Shown: positions 28,805 to 44,026, counted from the first letter of the stretch. The stretch: 64,000 nucleotides of DNA from Camelus ferus (GCF_009834535.1 NC_045696.1:46192001-46256000), one strand, 5' to 3'. Notes: a model not told the origin generated them from the letters alone. Numbers and translations are program-made.

Positions 28805-30575
28805 TTAAATTTATTTTTTATTGAGGTTAACATTGGTTTATAATGTTACATGTTTCATGTATACAACATTATATTTCTTCTTCTGTATATACTACAGCAT
28901 ACTCACCACCAAAAACTTAGTTTCCATCCGTCACCATACAGTTGATTCCCTTTATGCATTTCACCCTCCCCCAGCCTCCTTTCCCCTCTTGTAACCACTC
29001 CTCTGTTCTCTGTATCTATGTGTTTGTTTTTATTTGGTTTGATCTGTTCATTTATTGTGTTTGTGATTTCACAGTCCAGAAAAAAACAACTAGCAAGTTT
29101 TATCTTTTTATCCTTCCAGTTTTATTGAGATATAATTGACATACAGCACTGTGTAAGTTTAAAGCATACAACATAATGATTTGACTTACATACATCATGA
29201 AATGATTATCACAATAAGTTTAATGAACATCCATCATCTCATATAGATAAAAAATTAAATAAAAAGAAAAAAATATTTTTCCCTGTGATGAGAACTCTTA
29301 AGATTTACTCTCGTAACAACTTTCATATATAACATACAGCAGTGTTGATTATATTAATCATGTTGTACATTACATCCCTTGTACTTATTTATCTTACAAG
29401 CAGAGGTGTGTACCTTTTGAACACTTTCATCCAATTCCCCCTTCCCCTACCTCCTGCCTAGGGTAACCACAAAGCTTTTTCTATACGTTTGTTTGCTTTT
29501 TGAAGTATAACTGACCGACAACACTATGTTAGTTCCTGGTGCACAACACAGTGATTCAATATTTCCATACGTTACAAAATGACCACCATGCCCTATGCCC
29601 CTCCCCTCTGGCAACCTCCCATTTTTAACCTGTATCTATGACACTGTTTCTGTTTAGTTATGGTTGTTCATTTGTTTTGTTTTTTAGATTCCACATATAA
29701 GTGAATTTCTCTGATTTACCTGACTTAGCATAACAGACCTTCTAGGTCCATCCATATTGTCACAAATGGCAAGACTTCATCTTTTTTATGGCTGAGTAGT
29801 GTTCCATTGTACATATTTTATATTGTATATATAATATATATCATATATTCTTTACTCATTTATCCATCAATGGGCACTCCGGCTATTATACTGGCTATTA
29901 TAAATAATGCTGCAGTGAACATAGGGATATGTCTATCTTTTCAAATTAATGTTTTCATATCCTTTGGATAAATACCCAGAAGTAGGATAGCTGGATCATG
30001 TGGTAGTTCTTTACTTAATTTTTTGAGGACTCTCCATACTGTTTCCCACAGTGGCTGCACCAATTTACATTCCTACCTCCAGTATACAAGGGTTCCCTCT
30101 TCACATCCTTGCCAACGCCTGTTATTGCTTGCCTTTTTGGTAACAGCCATTAGAACAGACATGAGGTGACATCTCTTTGTAGTTTTGATTTGCATTTCCC
30201 TAATAACTAGTGATGTTGAACATCTTTTCATATGACTGTTGGCCATCTGTATGTCTTCTTTGGAAAAATGTCTATTCCGGTCCTCTGCCCATTTTCCAAT
30301 CAGACTATTTGGGTTTTTGGGTTTTTTTGGTTTTGGGGTTTTTTTTGGTTATTCAGTTGTATGAGCTCTTTATCTATTTTGGATATTAACCCCTTATCAG
30401 ATATATGCTTTGCAAATCTTCTGTCCAACAGATTATCTTTTCATTTTATTGATGGTTTCCTTTGCTATACAGAAGCTTTTTTGCTTGATGTAGTTCCATT
30501 TGTTTATTTTTGTTTTTCCCTTGGCTGAGGGCACAAGTGCAGAAAGCTATTTCCAAGGTAAATGTCAAAGAGAGG
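28805..30575 (-). mobile_element. Cluster of nested antisense L1 3' ends and ORF2 C-terminal fragment
   Basis: At least three L1 3'-end texts (28805-29070, ~29100-29590, ~29600-30575), e.g. 'ttttagattccacatataagtga', 'ggataaatacccagaagtaggatagctggatc', 'gatgttgaacatcttttcatatg'. Confidence 0.85.
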
Positions 30576-30694
30576 ATTTTTTTTAAACAGTTGTAAGATC
30601 TTTTTATTATTTCTCTTATTTAGAAGAATAAAATCCAAATTTCTTGGCAGAGCCTATGCAACTCTCTCCAACCTGAATTTTTACCCTTGGAAGG

Positions 30695-30935
30695 TAGTGT
30701 TCCAAAGCGGTAAAGCACAATGGCTTTGGTGTCAGACTGACCTGGTTCAAGAGCCGGCTCTGTCACTCATTAGCTGTGTAAACTGGGAATTAAGCCAAAG
30801 CTTAAATTCCTAAAGCCTCAGTGTCCTATTCTTAAAATAAAAATAATAATCATAGATTGTTGCCAGGAATAATGATGATTATTATAGGAATAATATAGTA
30901 ATATAATTGATGTACAGTAAGTATGAAATAAAGGG
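30695..30935 (+). mobile_element. MIR SINE
   Basis: 'ggctttggtgtcagactgacctggttcaagagccggctctgtcactcattagctgtgt...aagcctcagtgtcc'. Confidence 0.65.
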
Positions 30936-33900
30936 TATTTATTAATATTACTTCTTTGTCCTCATCCTCTCATGATAACTTTACATGCAAACCACCATCT
31001 AACCGCACAAAACATCTTGCAGATTTTCTCAAATCTTGTATCTTTGTACTTGCTGCCACTACTGCCTTGGATGCCATTCTTTTATCTGACTGTTAAGTAA
31101 TAATTTGTCATTTGAGTCTCAAATATTTTTTCTCTAAGAGTACACCTTCCCTGATTCTTACCCTTTACCTTAGTCTCTGTGGCAGGAATTGGGGACTCCC
31201 ACAACACCCCTGCCAGTGTTGCTATTGATGATATATACTATATATACAAAATATATGTACACATATGCATAGAGAGAGAGAGAGAGGGAGAAAGAAAAGC
31301 ATTTATTTTCATCACATTGTCATTTTGTATTCACATAATCTGTCTCCCTCATAAAACTTTTGAGTTTTTGTGATAGAGATAGAAACTTTCCTATTTACCT
31401 TGAACACCACAATCACTTTCATCAATAGGTTCTAAGCAAATACCTTTGAATTAAAAAAAAGACAGAAAAGAAAGCACCATCCTTCTCTACAAAAAAGGTG
31501 GGTATAAGTAGGAGAACGGTTATAATGTGTGTGTCAAACATGAAAACCATGGCACATTCACCAGAATGTCTCAAACCACTCTTGCGGCTATTAAATTGAG
31601 CACATTTATTGGGCAGGCAGTGCTCAATAGTGAAAAGAGGAAGGACGTTCAAAGCAGAACAGATGTTATTTATTGAGTCTTTATTATGTATCAAGCACTG
31701 TGCTAGGAGCTGGGTATACAATGGTGAACTTCATAACTATGTGATTTTGGCCAATTCCTTAAGCCTTGTATTCTTCAGTTTTCTCAACTCTAAATTGGAC
31801 TTTTCTCATAAGACAGCTGTGTTAATTAAATAAGACCATGTGTCTAACCTGCCCAAAACAGTGCCTGACTTAGTAGACACTTAACAAATGATAGTCATGT
31901 CCTTCCTTCCCTAGGCTAGATATTAAAAGGGGCATGATGGCGAACAGGACACGGACCCTGCCTCAAGGAGCTCCCATTCAGAACTGTGCCTCCTTTCATC
32001 AGCCATAAAGGACTCCAAACAAATAATGAACCAAGTGACAGGCTGAATACAAAAGCTCCAAACCAACTCTTGACTCCCTCATTTGAAGACAGTGTGATAA
32101 GAATAAGATAGGGTGTGAAGCTCTCCTCCTGGTCTGGGCACTCAACCAATATGCCATCATTTGTAACAGCCATTTGCCAACCTTTAATTGCACACTATAA
32201 AAATAAGCATCAGATAAAAGTATTGTGGGGGGAAGGGAAGGGATTCAGTTTAAGATAAATAATTTAGTTCAGTTTGGAATACTTGCTTGCATAGACACAG
32301 ACACTGGAACGTCCTATTTATTCAAAAACAGCATTTATTAAAATCTGACTCTATGCCAGGAACTAGCTGAGCTAGATGTGAAGAAATAGAGATGAAAATG
32401 ACACATACTTTCTTTTCCTTTCATGAAAAAGGAACATACTTTCCAATAGTGTTCTCTCCAGTTGCCAATTACTTGGGCTTGTTGCTTAGATTTGAAGTAG
32501 AAAACCACACACTTCCTTTAAAACTTAATTTAGTTTTGTCATGGGACACAACTCAGGTCTCATTTAGAAAAATGCATTGCTCTTCCTAAAAAGAATATGT
32601 TAAGGTTCATTCTTCAAGCCACAAAAATGCAACTTTTCCTGTATTGTCCTATATGAATCCAAAATATAGACAATCCCTAACGTATCAATGGATTATGCTC
32701 CAAAACTTCATTTGTCAATCCACTGAAAACAACTCAGAAAGCATATTACAAAGAAACAGTATTAGAGTTACATTTTGGGCCAACCTGTAAAAGCTGACTG
32801 AGCTACAAAATACCTGAGATATCGGTATGCATTAAACTATAGAGTTGAACTTTTGTGTGTTCCCATGCCAAAGTGTGTTCAGGAAAGCAACTACAAGAGC
32901 AGTATCCTGACAGCTGGATCAGGGTCCCCACTTCTGATAGCAGAGTGGAAATTTCACAGATTGGTGGCACTAGGAGGACATCCTGGGGAACATGGAGACA
33001 AAGGGCAGGTCCAAATGGGGAACAAGGCAGGAACTCTAGGGATGAAAAGCTGAGGTGGGGAGTTCTTGGGCAAGGGCTCCATGTGCCTCTTGAAAATATA
33101 GTCTAGAAAATAAGGGCTGAAGTGCAGCCAAGGTCATCTTTTACAGTGATGAAGAATTGAAAGCTGAGATAGAAGGGAGAGGGTTTATATACTCAGAGAA
33201 CTTAGCATAATTCTTGGCACATAGTGGTGTTCCATAAATGGTGATGGAGATATTGGAGACGGTGAGGTAGAGGCAAAGCTTGGAGGCTCTGCTCCCTCAT
33301 TTGTCTTTTGAAATATAATCTACTTGGAAAATAACTGTATTGGTGAGGAATGTGGAACTCGAAGTCCATCTGAAAGATGAAATATTAGTGGCTGATGGAG
33401 TTAGTGGAGCAGGGCAATGGCTGAACCAATGGAACATGCAGGTAGAAATGTTGCCATTGTGGGGCTCCTGTGACAAATACAGGATAGGTGTGCATATCCC
33501 CTCATCTTTCCCTCCCCTACTGCATTCTTCACACCGCAAGCCTGAGGTGGAAGGGTGCAGGGCTTCAGGAGATGCACCCCAGCTATAGGCAGAGTCAAGG
33601 AGAAGTGGAAGACAAGGAGAAGAAAAAAGAAAACTCCCAACAGGAGTGAGAAACAGCTGAGGTTCTGGTGTAGCCTTTCATTCCCACCAGGTAGAGGTAA
33701 GGCACCACACCATGTGCTCTGAAAATACTTAAAAAAAAAAAAAAAAAAGACAAAGGCAGTACCTCTACAGGCAGTTAAGTCAAATGTGATGGTCATCTCA
33801 CCTATTTTTAGACCTTTCCCTTCTCCCCAGCTCTCATCTGGAATAGAAAAAGAAATGCATGAAAATGTGCCCAGGGGATAGTCTGATTTTGATGATGTAT

Positions 33901-34831
33901 TCTTTCCACCAGTCCCTTCAGAAGGGGAGCTCTCACGAGACAATATCCTGATGGAAGGAGTGACACATCTTTCAGATATCAGAAAACTGAAATGTGGGTG
34001 CCACTCTCATTTACAGTGACCCTCAATCAACTTACATTTGCCAACTATAAAGACAATAATTGCTTGATGTACAAGTTGTAATTGGATCACAGCCATTAGT
34101 GACATGGTTATTTGATGTTATAGCAATATTAACAAAATTATGCCCAAGGCAGTCTAATTAGAAGAGAACCATAGGTGACCCAAGTGGCATTTTCAATGTG
34201 TTATCTAAGAGGTATGATCAGAAGACAAGTCAGAGCTGACTGAATGAAGTTTCTGATCAGAGGCTGCTCTGAAGACAGTGAGTTATTGAAGGAGACAAAG
34301 AGGGACTGACGAGTGGCGGATTCATACAGGCTGTTAGAGGACAGCAAAAAGCAGTGGAATTTACTAGATTTACTCTTATTGCAATAAAAGTTTATTTTCT
34401 TCTCAGCAGCAGGATCCTCACCTCACAAAAGTTATCTGTGAAAAGAAGTCTAAAGAGTACCTAGCTCAGTGATATTTAAGTGGGGGTAAAGGCCCTTTAA
34501 AATCTCCTGGCAGGCCAGTATCATGATACGTCCACGGGGTCAGGGGCATAAACTTGTTGCTACCCCATTGGAGAATCGTGACTGTAAGGAACAGCATAAT
34601 GTAGGGACTAAGAACAAACATCTAGATGTTAGATAGGCCTGAATTAATAACAGGTACGTTACTTACTAGTTGTGTGACCTTGCTGAGTTTCTTAAATTCT
34701 CTGGACCAGTTTCCTTGTGTCTAAATTGTGGATAATAATAAAATAAATGCAAAATCATGTGCTGCGGATGAGATGAGGAAAAGTGCCTAGCTCACCATCT
34801 GACACATGGTAACTACTCAATAAATATAACT

Positions 34832-35383
34832 TGTGATGGTTAATTTTAGGTGTCAACTTGACTAGTCTAAGGCATGCCCAGATAGCTAGTCAAACATTTC
34901 TGGGTGTGTCTGTGAAGATATTTCCAGAAGAGATTAGCATTTGATTCTGTAGACTAAGTAAAAAGAGACTGCCCTCCCCAATGCAGTGGGCATCATCCAA
35001 TCTGCTGAGGACCTGAATAGAACAAAAGCTGGAGGAAGGGTGAATTTGCTCTGTTGGAGCTAGCGAATTCATCTTCTCCTGCCCTTGGACATCCGCACGC
35101 CTGGTTTTGGGGCCTTTGGCCTCAGACCAGGACTTACACTGTCAGTCCCCTAGTCCTCAGGCCTTGAGAATCAGACTGACACTTAAAACACTGGCTCCCC
35201 TGGGTTCTCAAGCCTTTGGGTTTGAACTGGAACTAGACCACTGGCTTTCCTGGGACTTCAGCTTGAAGATGGCATATCACGGGACTTCTTAGCCTCCATA
35301 ATGGCACAAGCCAGTCCCTCACAATAAATCTCTTTCTATGTATCTATTCTATTTATTCTGTTTCTCTGCAGAACCCTAATACA
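34832..35383 (+). mobile_element. MLT2 (ERVL) solo LTR
   Basis: TGTGATGGTTAATTTTAGGTGTCAACTTGAC...GAACCCTAATACA with a perfect 5-bp TSD TAACT. Confidence 0.9.
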
Positions 35384-36609
35384 TAACTCTACTACTACTA
35401 CTATTGAATTTGCTGAGAGTATGTTGAGGCAGAAAAAAGACTGAGGACCAAAATGTTAGTCCAACTCACTCAGAAGGAGCCTGAGATTCAGAGGTGGAAG
35501 TGACTTGCCTAAAATTACCCAACTTATAAGGGTCTGGACCAGATTCCAAGGCTTCAGATGGTAGGTCTAGCACTCTTTAAGCCACAAAGAATTCATGCAT
35601 TCTGACAGCTAAAAGAATAGCAAAACATAGGGGCAAATGTACTGGCCTAGAGGTCAAAGACACATTTAACCATGTCTTTCACCATCGGTGTGGGCTTCCT
35701 AGTGTTCCATAAGTAGGGCAGTGCATTGATCTAGGATAAGGAATCTGTGATTACTGACACCCAACTAAAGTCCCTTTTCCCAGGTCATACAGTCCACGTT
35801 CCATTATTTTTGAAACTTTGGCCTTTCTCACACCAGAATTTGCCTTGTTGATCTTCTATTATCCGAGCATTTCATTAGGGACCAGGCACTAATATTATAT
35901 GACAGTGGGTGTGTATACATACAAACACACATATACACATGTAATACATACATATACTTGGCATTAAATATATATGTATATATAAACCTTTTGATTAATT
36001 TCTTTTCCTATTGTCAGTGACATTGTTCCAGTTAGTATCGTTATAGTTTTTGCAAAAGTAATAATAATAATAATAAATACACATATTCTTCTGGTAGAAG
36101 CTTCAGATCATCCTTCTAAATGTTGAAGTATTTTTTAAAAGTTGAGGAGCTGTGGATAGTGTTTAAGCAGCTTATATGAGTTTTAAAGGACAGTAATAAC
36201 TTACTGCAAAGCCTATCATTCAAGGGAACAACAGAGTTTGACAGGAAACGTGTATTAATACACTTAACGTAAAAGCTAGTGAACCACTCTTAGCCTGCCT
36301 TCCTTCTCACCATCTTTACAATGTAGAGTATTTCTCTTTCCCTCTTATCCTGTGTTTTTGATAATGTGTTACTATTTCCACCCATGGGTTTCTGCCTCCT
36401 CTCTGCCTCTCTCTCTCCATCTGTCTCGGTGTCCCTCCCTCCTTACTCCCTCTATCTCAGTTCTTTCCACACTTTTACTCACTTGCCAGCCAAGGTCATG
36501 TGCACTTGTGTTATTTGTCTTTCCTCTTGTCCCCTGCTCAGTTTCAGCCCATGAACCTTAGTGCTGACCTTTTCCTATTCTTTCTGATTCTGCTTCCAGG
36601 TATACCTGA

Positions 36610-37060
36610 TATATTAGTCAGGAGTCTCCACAAATAGAACCAATGAATGAATTGATTAATTAAATTTTAAAAGTATAAATACATATAAAGAGATTTATTA
36701 TAAGGTCATAATGGACTCTGAGAAGTCCCATAACCTGCCATCTGCATGCTGGAGGCCCAGGATAGCCAATGGTGTAGTTCAAAAGCCTGAGAGCCTAGAA
36801 AGCTGATGGTGTAGATTCCAGTCCGAGTCTCAAGAGTGGAGAGCCAGGAGCACCAAGGACAGGAGAAGATTTATGTCCCAGCTCACTCAGTCAGGAAGAG
36901 AGTGAATTCAACCTTCCTTCACCTTTTTGTTCTAGTCAGGCCCTCAGCAGATTAGGTGATGTTCGTGCACATCAGAGAAGCCCATCTGCTTTACTAGGTT
37001 CACCCACTCAAGTGGTAATCTGTTCCAGAAACACCATCAGAAACATAACCAGTTATCTGG
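36610..37060 (-). mobile_element. MLT2 LTR, antisense
   Basis: 'tattagtcaggagtctcc...agagatttattataagg...gagaagtcccataacctgccatctgcatgctggaggcccagg'. Confidence 0.75.
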
Positions 37061-39039
37061 GCCTCTGCAATATACATTCATTCTCCAAACTCTCCTCTCC
37101 AGGTCCTTATTTCTGTATCCAACTCATGCCAGCAACCACACTTCATCCTCTGATTATGCCCCTTGAACGGCTGCTTCAGTCTACATAGCTGATCCTGCAC
37201 TGTATCTGCACTCTGATTAATGTTTTAGGCTAGCCCCCGAACACACTTTCCCAATTACGTCCTACTTCCTCCATTTTTGGTCAATCTCCCTTTGCTATTT
37301 TCCTCACATGTCTTTCTTTTTTCCCTCCAACCCTCATGTTTTTCCTCACAAAACTAATCATAACATAACCCACAACTCAGATTGCAACCACAAATGAGAT
37401 GATAAAATAAATAAATACCTAATTGCTTGGGGAAAACATGAATCATAATATAGAATAAAATTTTATTATAGGATTTATTATACATAATGAAGACAGCAGA
37501 ATGTTCCTTGGTCTGAATTTCAAATGCAGGTGAGTGGAGCAAGTTATACTTTAACTAGGGAAATAACATTAATTGTAATTGTTTTTACTTATTATTTTCC
37601 TATAGTCTCTCAATTGAGGGGGGACAAAACTCTACCCTGAGAAAATATATGAAAAAAGGTCTTAATCTAATTTTCTTCTCTTTATTTGCTCTAATATTCT
37701 GATCCCTTTATGGTTTCCATTAAATTTTTTAATTCCTATGGAGGGGTAGGAGGTAATTTTGTTGTTTTTTTTTTCTAGTTAACTGAAAATGGTTTTTAGA
37801 ATAAGCATGTTTTTCAGAAACTCCAGTCATTAACTGTCATCTAGAATAATTAAAAGAAAGTCAAGAATCACATGGACAAAATAATTATATAAAAGTTTCC
37901 GTTTTTGGAAATTACTGAATCTGAAGTAAGATAATTTGCATAGCTCCCCCTTTTCTCAGTTTAAAAAAAAACTCATAGGTTTTGAACTTTCACAATTGTA
38001 AAATCAATTTCAGTGTACTTATAACTTCTGAAACACTGTATGACTGAGCAGCCTAAAGGATACTGAAAAAACTGGGAAGATTCAATTCACTATGACTCAT
38101 CTAAATGGGCCAAAGAACTAGCAGCCTCAGATTCATTTCTCTGTCACTTTATTAAAACAAGCTCAGCTCATAGACAAATGGAATTTTTAATCAGGAATGA
38201 AATTTCCCCAGCCAACTCTTCTGGTCCCTTGTTAATTGAACATGCAGAGTATTCTTTAAGGACAAGAAAGACAAGCATGGACATGATGGGGCTGGGTTAC
38301 ACCGGATCCCTCTCCCCAGTGTATTCTTCTGCAGTCCCAGCATTGGGTAAGAATCCCAGTTTGTCCCAGCCCTGAAACTTATCTCAATCCCAAACTCCTC
38401 AATTCTGTGTGATTTTTTTAAACAGGCTCCTCTCCAAACTTTCACTGGAAAGGAAAATGAAGAGTATATGTCCTCCTCCTTCCAGTCTGTGAAAATTAAC
38501 TATTTTAATCTGCCAAATCAGCCCAGTTCCATTGAAATAAGTCCCAAATTGAGTGAGGCAGCACCAAGTTCCTCTTACCATCATCTTGGGTTTATCTCAC
38601 CATGGTCATAGATGATTCATTTATTCATTAATGAACTAAACAATCATAGAGAGCCTGCTATATACCAGACACCATGCTAACTACTTGGTAATATGTTGGT
38701 AAAACAGATGTGATACTCTCTGGAAGTTCCCAGGGAATGGTTTAGAGACCCACAGAGCTTTTGTCTTCCTAAAGATTCCTCTTCCCAGATGCCAGTCTAT
38801 TTTCAGTCTCTTCAGAGCCATTGCTGTGTGGTGACTCTTGTTTCTTTTGCTTTGGCCTTGGCCATGACTTGCCAATTTTATCTGCTCTGGAGTGCTTCCT
38901 TGGCTCCTATTGTTAGGCGACAGACACTGCTGACTGGACTACCAAAAAGCCATTTCCCACCCTTTTCTACCATGATGCCTCCAACCACGGAGGCTACAGA
39001 GTCGAATATATAATTTACCAACTTCCTTTTTCCCTCTGG

Positions 39040-39373
39040 CCCCAGGTGTCAGCAGGGATCTGCTGGAGAGAATTCTGAGGAATCTTTCTTCATTAGCGAA
39101 AAGGAACACATGCAGCTGGTAATCGTTTCCAAGTTTCTACATCTTCCTGATTTGAACATAGAAATAATGGCTGAAACTTCAGCACTTACATTGTGTAAAT
39201 GAGGAAAGATCAAGAAAATGACAAGGATGCTGACTCTGGCACTGCCGAGCCACTGAAAGACTAGCAATCTATACTGAAGGACTGATTATTATATGAGAAA
39301 TAAACCCATACTGTTTAAGCCAACATAGTTGATTTTTCTGTCACTTGCAGTCAAAAGCAATTTTTACTGACAT
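39040..39373 (+). mobile_element. Old MLT1 (MaLR) LTR 3' part
   Basis: 'gagaaataaaccc...tgtttaagcca...ttttctgtcacttgcagtcaaaagc...tgacaca'. Confidence 0.6.
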
Positions 39374-39899
39374 ATTCCCAATTGCTACTATCAAAGCCAA
39401 AACTGCCTCTGCCTCTTAGGAGTTTAGCAAATGTTTCTATTCCTGTGCTGTCCAGAACAAGGATGAAAAACTAACCCCAAAATGTTGTTTAATCCTGATG
39501 AAGTCTACAGACATATCAGGATTCTCATGGTTGTTTGGTGCCCATCAACTTTTATTTTGGTTGTTTGCCTGGGGGTACTTACCAAATCATCTTGTGGGAC
39601 TGGATGTGAGAGTGACACCGACAGTATGCGTACGTACACAGTCTCCATGCCAGTGGAGTGACATGGATATCGACTCACTTCAAATGAGATTATGGCACCT
39701 TACCTCTTAAGTTCTCCCCAAGTAGGAAGGCATCCACAAATACACTCCTACAACTTGATCTCCTAATAATATGAATACTAATTTCAAGCTTTGGAGGTAT
39801 ATACGCAAATAACTTCAGATCACTAAGATCATTCATTCTAGAGGATTTAAGTCATATTTCATTCTAAAGAAGAATCATATTTACATATTCTAAACTTCA

Positions 39900-41250
39900 C
39901 ATTCATTATCTCTTTCCTCCTGTTACTAAATAGAAAGTGTCTTCTATCATGGGAAAATCTCCTGATCTATGCTGTGAATCCCATCTCCTCCCACTTGCTC
40001 AGGAACTTCCCCTCTGGATTACATCCATTGTCTCTTACGTAACTTCAAACTCTCCTTCTTTACTAGACTTTCTTCCTTATCATTTAAACATACCATTGTC
40101 TCCCTACCTTAAAAAAACAAAACCAAAATTTTACTAAACTACAAATTTCCAACTAAAATCTTATCTATTCTCCCAGTTACAAAATATATAGCTACAGCTT
40201 CAATTTTTACTTCCTCCTACCATTGACTATTCAATCCATTTCAATCTGGCTTCTGCTCTTACCACCTAAATTCTAGCATGAAGTCACCCATGACCTGCAT
40301 ATTGCCAAGTCAATGAAAATGTTCATGTTTATCTTATTTTAACTCCCAGCTTCCTCTGTAGTGTACAGGTTTCTACTCCTCCCTCTAGTAGTTCTCCTTC
40401 CTTGCCTTCCAGTCTTCCATGTCCCCATACTTCCTTTGTTTTTCTTCTGACTTATCAGGCGGTTTTGCAGATTTCTCCTTCTCTAAGCACCTTTTTGTAT
40501 GGACCTCCCTCGGGACTCATCAGTCTTGGGCCCTCTTCAATTCTCTCCCAAAGTGATCTCATCTACTCCCAAATCTTCAAATATTGTCTATAGGCAATGG
40601 TTTCAAAATCATATCTCCAGCCCAGACTGCTCTTCTGAGTTACAGACTCATAGGTCCAAATGTTTATATTATCTCCATTTGGGACACTTGAAGGTGTTAT
40701 AAGAATCTCAAATACAACATGCCTCCAAATAAATGGTCTCTTTAACTGCATTGCCCCAAAACTGCTTCTCCTCTAGCATTACCTATGATGGTAAATGGTA
40801 CCAACATCCTTCCAGACTCTCCAGTCAGAAGTCTGTCAGCCATCCTTAATGCTTCCCTCTCCTTCAATGACTCTTCCCCAGCCTCTCCCTCCCCTCCTCC
40901 CCAAAAATCAATCACAAATTCAGTTGACTCTGCCACTTAAATCCATTTGCTTTCCAATTTAAGTCACCATCGTCTCTCACCTGGACTACTCAAATTACCC
41001 TCCTGCTAGTTTCCTCAAACCCACTTTTTCTTGCTCCAGCCCCATTTTTCATGTAACAATGAGAACAGTCATTTAAAATGTAAATCTGATCAAATCATTA
41101 CTCTACTAAAACCACTTCATGGCTTCCCAGTTCAAAGTATTAAATTCAAAATCTTTCTTTGTGTTTCCTGAACAAACAATCTCTTTTTTGCCCCAAGACA
41201 TATATGCCTCTGCCAGGAATGCTGCTTTTCCTCCAAACTATGCACAGCTA
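39900..41250. mobile_element. L2 LINE fragments
   Basis: 'caatctggcttctgctcttaccac', 'atatctccagcccagactgctcttctgag', 'ccatcgtctctcacctggactact'. Confidence 0.7.
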
Positions 41251-42254
41251 ACTCTTACTCATCATTCAGGTATGAGCTTAATCACTCTTTTCTTAAGGAA
41301 CTCTCTCCTGATTAAGTTAGAAATAGTCTCAGATTCCCTATTTACTTTCATACTAACATGATTAATTATAGGTCTTGTCACCATAGTAATTAAATTCTAC
41401 TTGTGATTATCTAGTAGGGAAACTCTAACTAAATAATATAAGCTGGGTGAGGGAAGGGACTGGTTATAATATGCTCACTAACATTCTCAATGGTAAGCAG
41501 AAGGGAATAGTAGGAGCTCAGCAAGATTTGTTAGATGCATAACCTGAGTTTCATATAGTTCTGGCTTTAAGACCTAAATTTACTTCCTGTTCTGATCATA
41601 GACACATATCACTTAATTATGACTAAATACTTGTGTTTTAACTATGATAAGTATTTAATTACCTTAATTATCTAATTCTGGTATATTTATACTTCCAGAA
41701 GTATTTAATTATGAAAAAGGACATATTTCTACTAACTTCCTGAATTTTTCTAGGAAGTTCAGTTTAAGAGGAAAAATCCATTGTTCATAAAGACTACTGG
41801 CCAGACAACTGTCACGTTATTTTTAAAAGGGAGAAAGAAAAATGTAAAAAAATCAATTAATTCAGTAAAATTGGTGTATTGTCCATCAAGGTTCAAAATA
41901 TATTAGAATAACATCTCTCACTTTTTTGAGACACTTTCTAAGTTGAATGAAATTTTAATTCCAAATCTAGACCTGTGAGATTTTTTTAAAAAGTTGAAAA
42001 GTGACACTTCAAAGTTTCCTCTAGTAACATTCTAATATGAAACTTAAAGGCCAGTCTGTGTCCCTGAGGTCCATTATTAGTACACACGGGACTAGAATGA
42101 TTAACATGGAATGAGAGATGACAGGGGGAAACCCCTGCCAAAGAGGAAAAAGATTGATGAGGATTTGAATGCTGAGACAGTTCAAATTCTCAAGGGTTCT
42201 GATCTATTGACATAAGAATATTGTGGCAGACAGAGTGAGAAGAAGTAATTAGAG

Positions 42255-42470
42255 CAGATTTCTCAACTTTGGCACTACTGACATTTTGTGCTGAATAACT
42301 CTTTGTTTTAGGGGGCTGTCCTATGCATTATAGGATATTTAGCAGCAAGCCGGGTCTCTACTCAATGAATGCCAATAGCACTGTCCTCTGAAAATAGTTA
42401 TACTCAAAAATGTCTCTAGACATCTCCAAATGTCCCTTAGGACAAAACTGCCCCTGATTGAAAACAACTG
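42255..42470. mobile_element. MER20 (hAT-Charlie)
   Basis: 'tttctcaactttggcactactgacattttg...gggggctgtcctatgcattataggatatttagcagc...tgattgaaaacaactg', about 215 bp. Confidence 0.8.
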
Positions 42471-42786
42471 AAGTAGAAAAAGTCAAAGGAATTAACTGAT
42501 TCAAAAAAGGACAAAGGGACACAGGTTTTTTTGAAAATCAGAATCATTCACCGGCTTATTGATTGATACATTCATTCATTCGACTAGACACAGTACTAGA
42601 TAGTATGTTCCAAAGATGAGTAGAGCATAGTCTCTGTTCGGAGCTCAGTCTACTAAAAGACAAAGAAGCCGACTGTCTTAAAACATACCATGGATTTGTA
42701 GTTATGTGAGATGATGGTTTTAATACATTAACAAAATTACCAAAGAGAAGTCCAAAACTTGTTCAAAATGCACAGCACACCTGGTC

Positions 42787-43350
42787 ATGGTGGATGTAGG
42801 GAATTAGCATTCAGCATTCAATTCAGCTGCCTAGAGCATGCTCCTGACCTGCACTAGTTGAAGAGATAAAACTACTTTGCCCAGAATCCCTTGCCACTAG
42901 GTTTCTCAGTACAGATTGGCTCAGTCCTCTTGTCCTTTGCATGAGACTGACTCTACAAGTGAGGATGAGCCCATCTTCCTACTGCTTGCTGCTCAGAGGC
43001 ACAGTCCTGGAGTATCTGGCTTTTCCACAGAGTGCTCCAGTGCCCATACCAAGGTGCAGTGGGGATAACAGTGGCTTCCTAACCCCCAAATAGCAGCTAT
43101 AGCACTGTGTTCTTGAACTCAGCAGGTCAGTAGTGAGCTCCTAACTCCACTTTCCTGCCCTGTGAGAGGCAGCAGCACTCCTGGCAGGCCAGGTAGCAGT
43201 ATTATTCTGGAATTTATTCTGAAAGATTCAACCATAGTCTGTAGCACTCTGATGAATATGTATGGACCTGATTGCTTGAATTATAGTTTATCCTGCTTAA
43301 AATATCTAGAATGAGTTCTGCTTTTTGCAAATTGAGCCCAGCAACTCTAT
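42787..43350 (+). mobile_element. ERVL LTR (LTR33-like), degraded
   Basis: 'tggtggatgtaggg...aaactactttgcccagaatcccttgccactagg...ctagaatgagttctg'. Confidence 0.5.
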
Positions 43351-44026
43351 ACAACAAACTGTAATAACTCAGTAAACCCATCACACAGTGTGATCACACC
43401 CCCCCAGTATGAAAACAGATCAGAGATTCTTCAGTTAAGCACCAGATGAAGAATTTGGCTTCCATTTAGAGGCCATGCTGCATGAAAAATATGTTTGCTT
43501 TTGTTTGTGTGTTGTTGAATTGATACAAGTAAAAATATAAGATTGCACTGTAAGTGCAGTGCCAGAGATAAGCACAGGGTGCAATATGGAGGTGGTACAC
43601 AGTCAGGGAAAATCTTTTAGAGAAGTGATGCCAGAGCTGAGTCTTAAAGTGTGAGTAGTAACATGTCAGGAAACTTGCATTTGAGGGTGGGTGAAAGGAC
43701 AGAGCAGGCCAAGCAGAGGATGTGACACACACAGGTATGAAAAGTTGACAAAGCGTGGAATATTTACAGAGCCAGAAAATGTTCAGCATGGCTGGATAAT
43801 GAGAGGTAGGGAGTGGTAAGAGATCAGCTGGGCAGCAGAGACAAGATCAAGAAGAGGGGTGGAGAGGAGGGCAATATAACGTCCACATTTTCTTGAGTCT
43901 AAGTGGCCACTGATGATAGAACACACTGTCTACTTTATAAAAGGTTTCAAGTTAAAAATGGAAACACTACACTAAATGTACTAATTTTCTTTTAAAGCTA
44001 ACTAAAAATACCACTCACTTATCAAT

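Noticed and set aside
33297..33943. 180-aa minus-strand ORF and overlapping shorter ORFs
   Set aside because: Non-ATG start, poly-Phe from an A-tract, no recognisable domain.
36483..36530. Peptide PRSCALV shared with the minus-strand ORF at ~27500-27548 (possible inverted duplication)
   Set aside because: Only about two-thirds identity over 48 pyrimidine-rich bases and it does not extend; probably chance.
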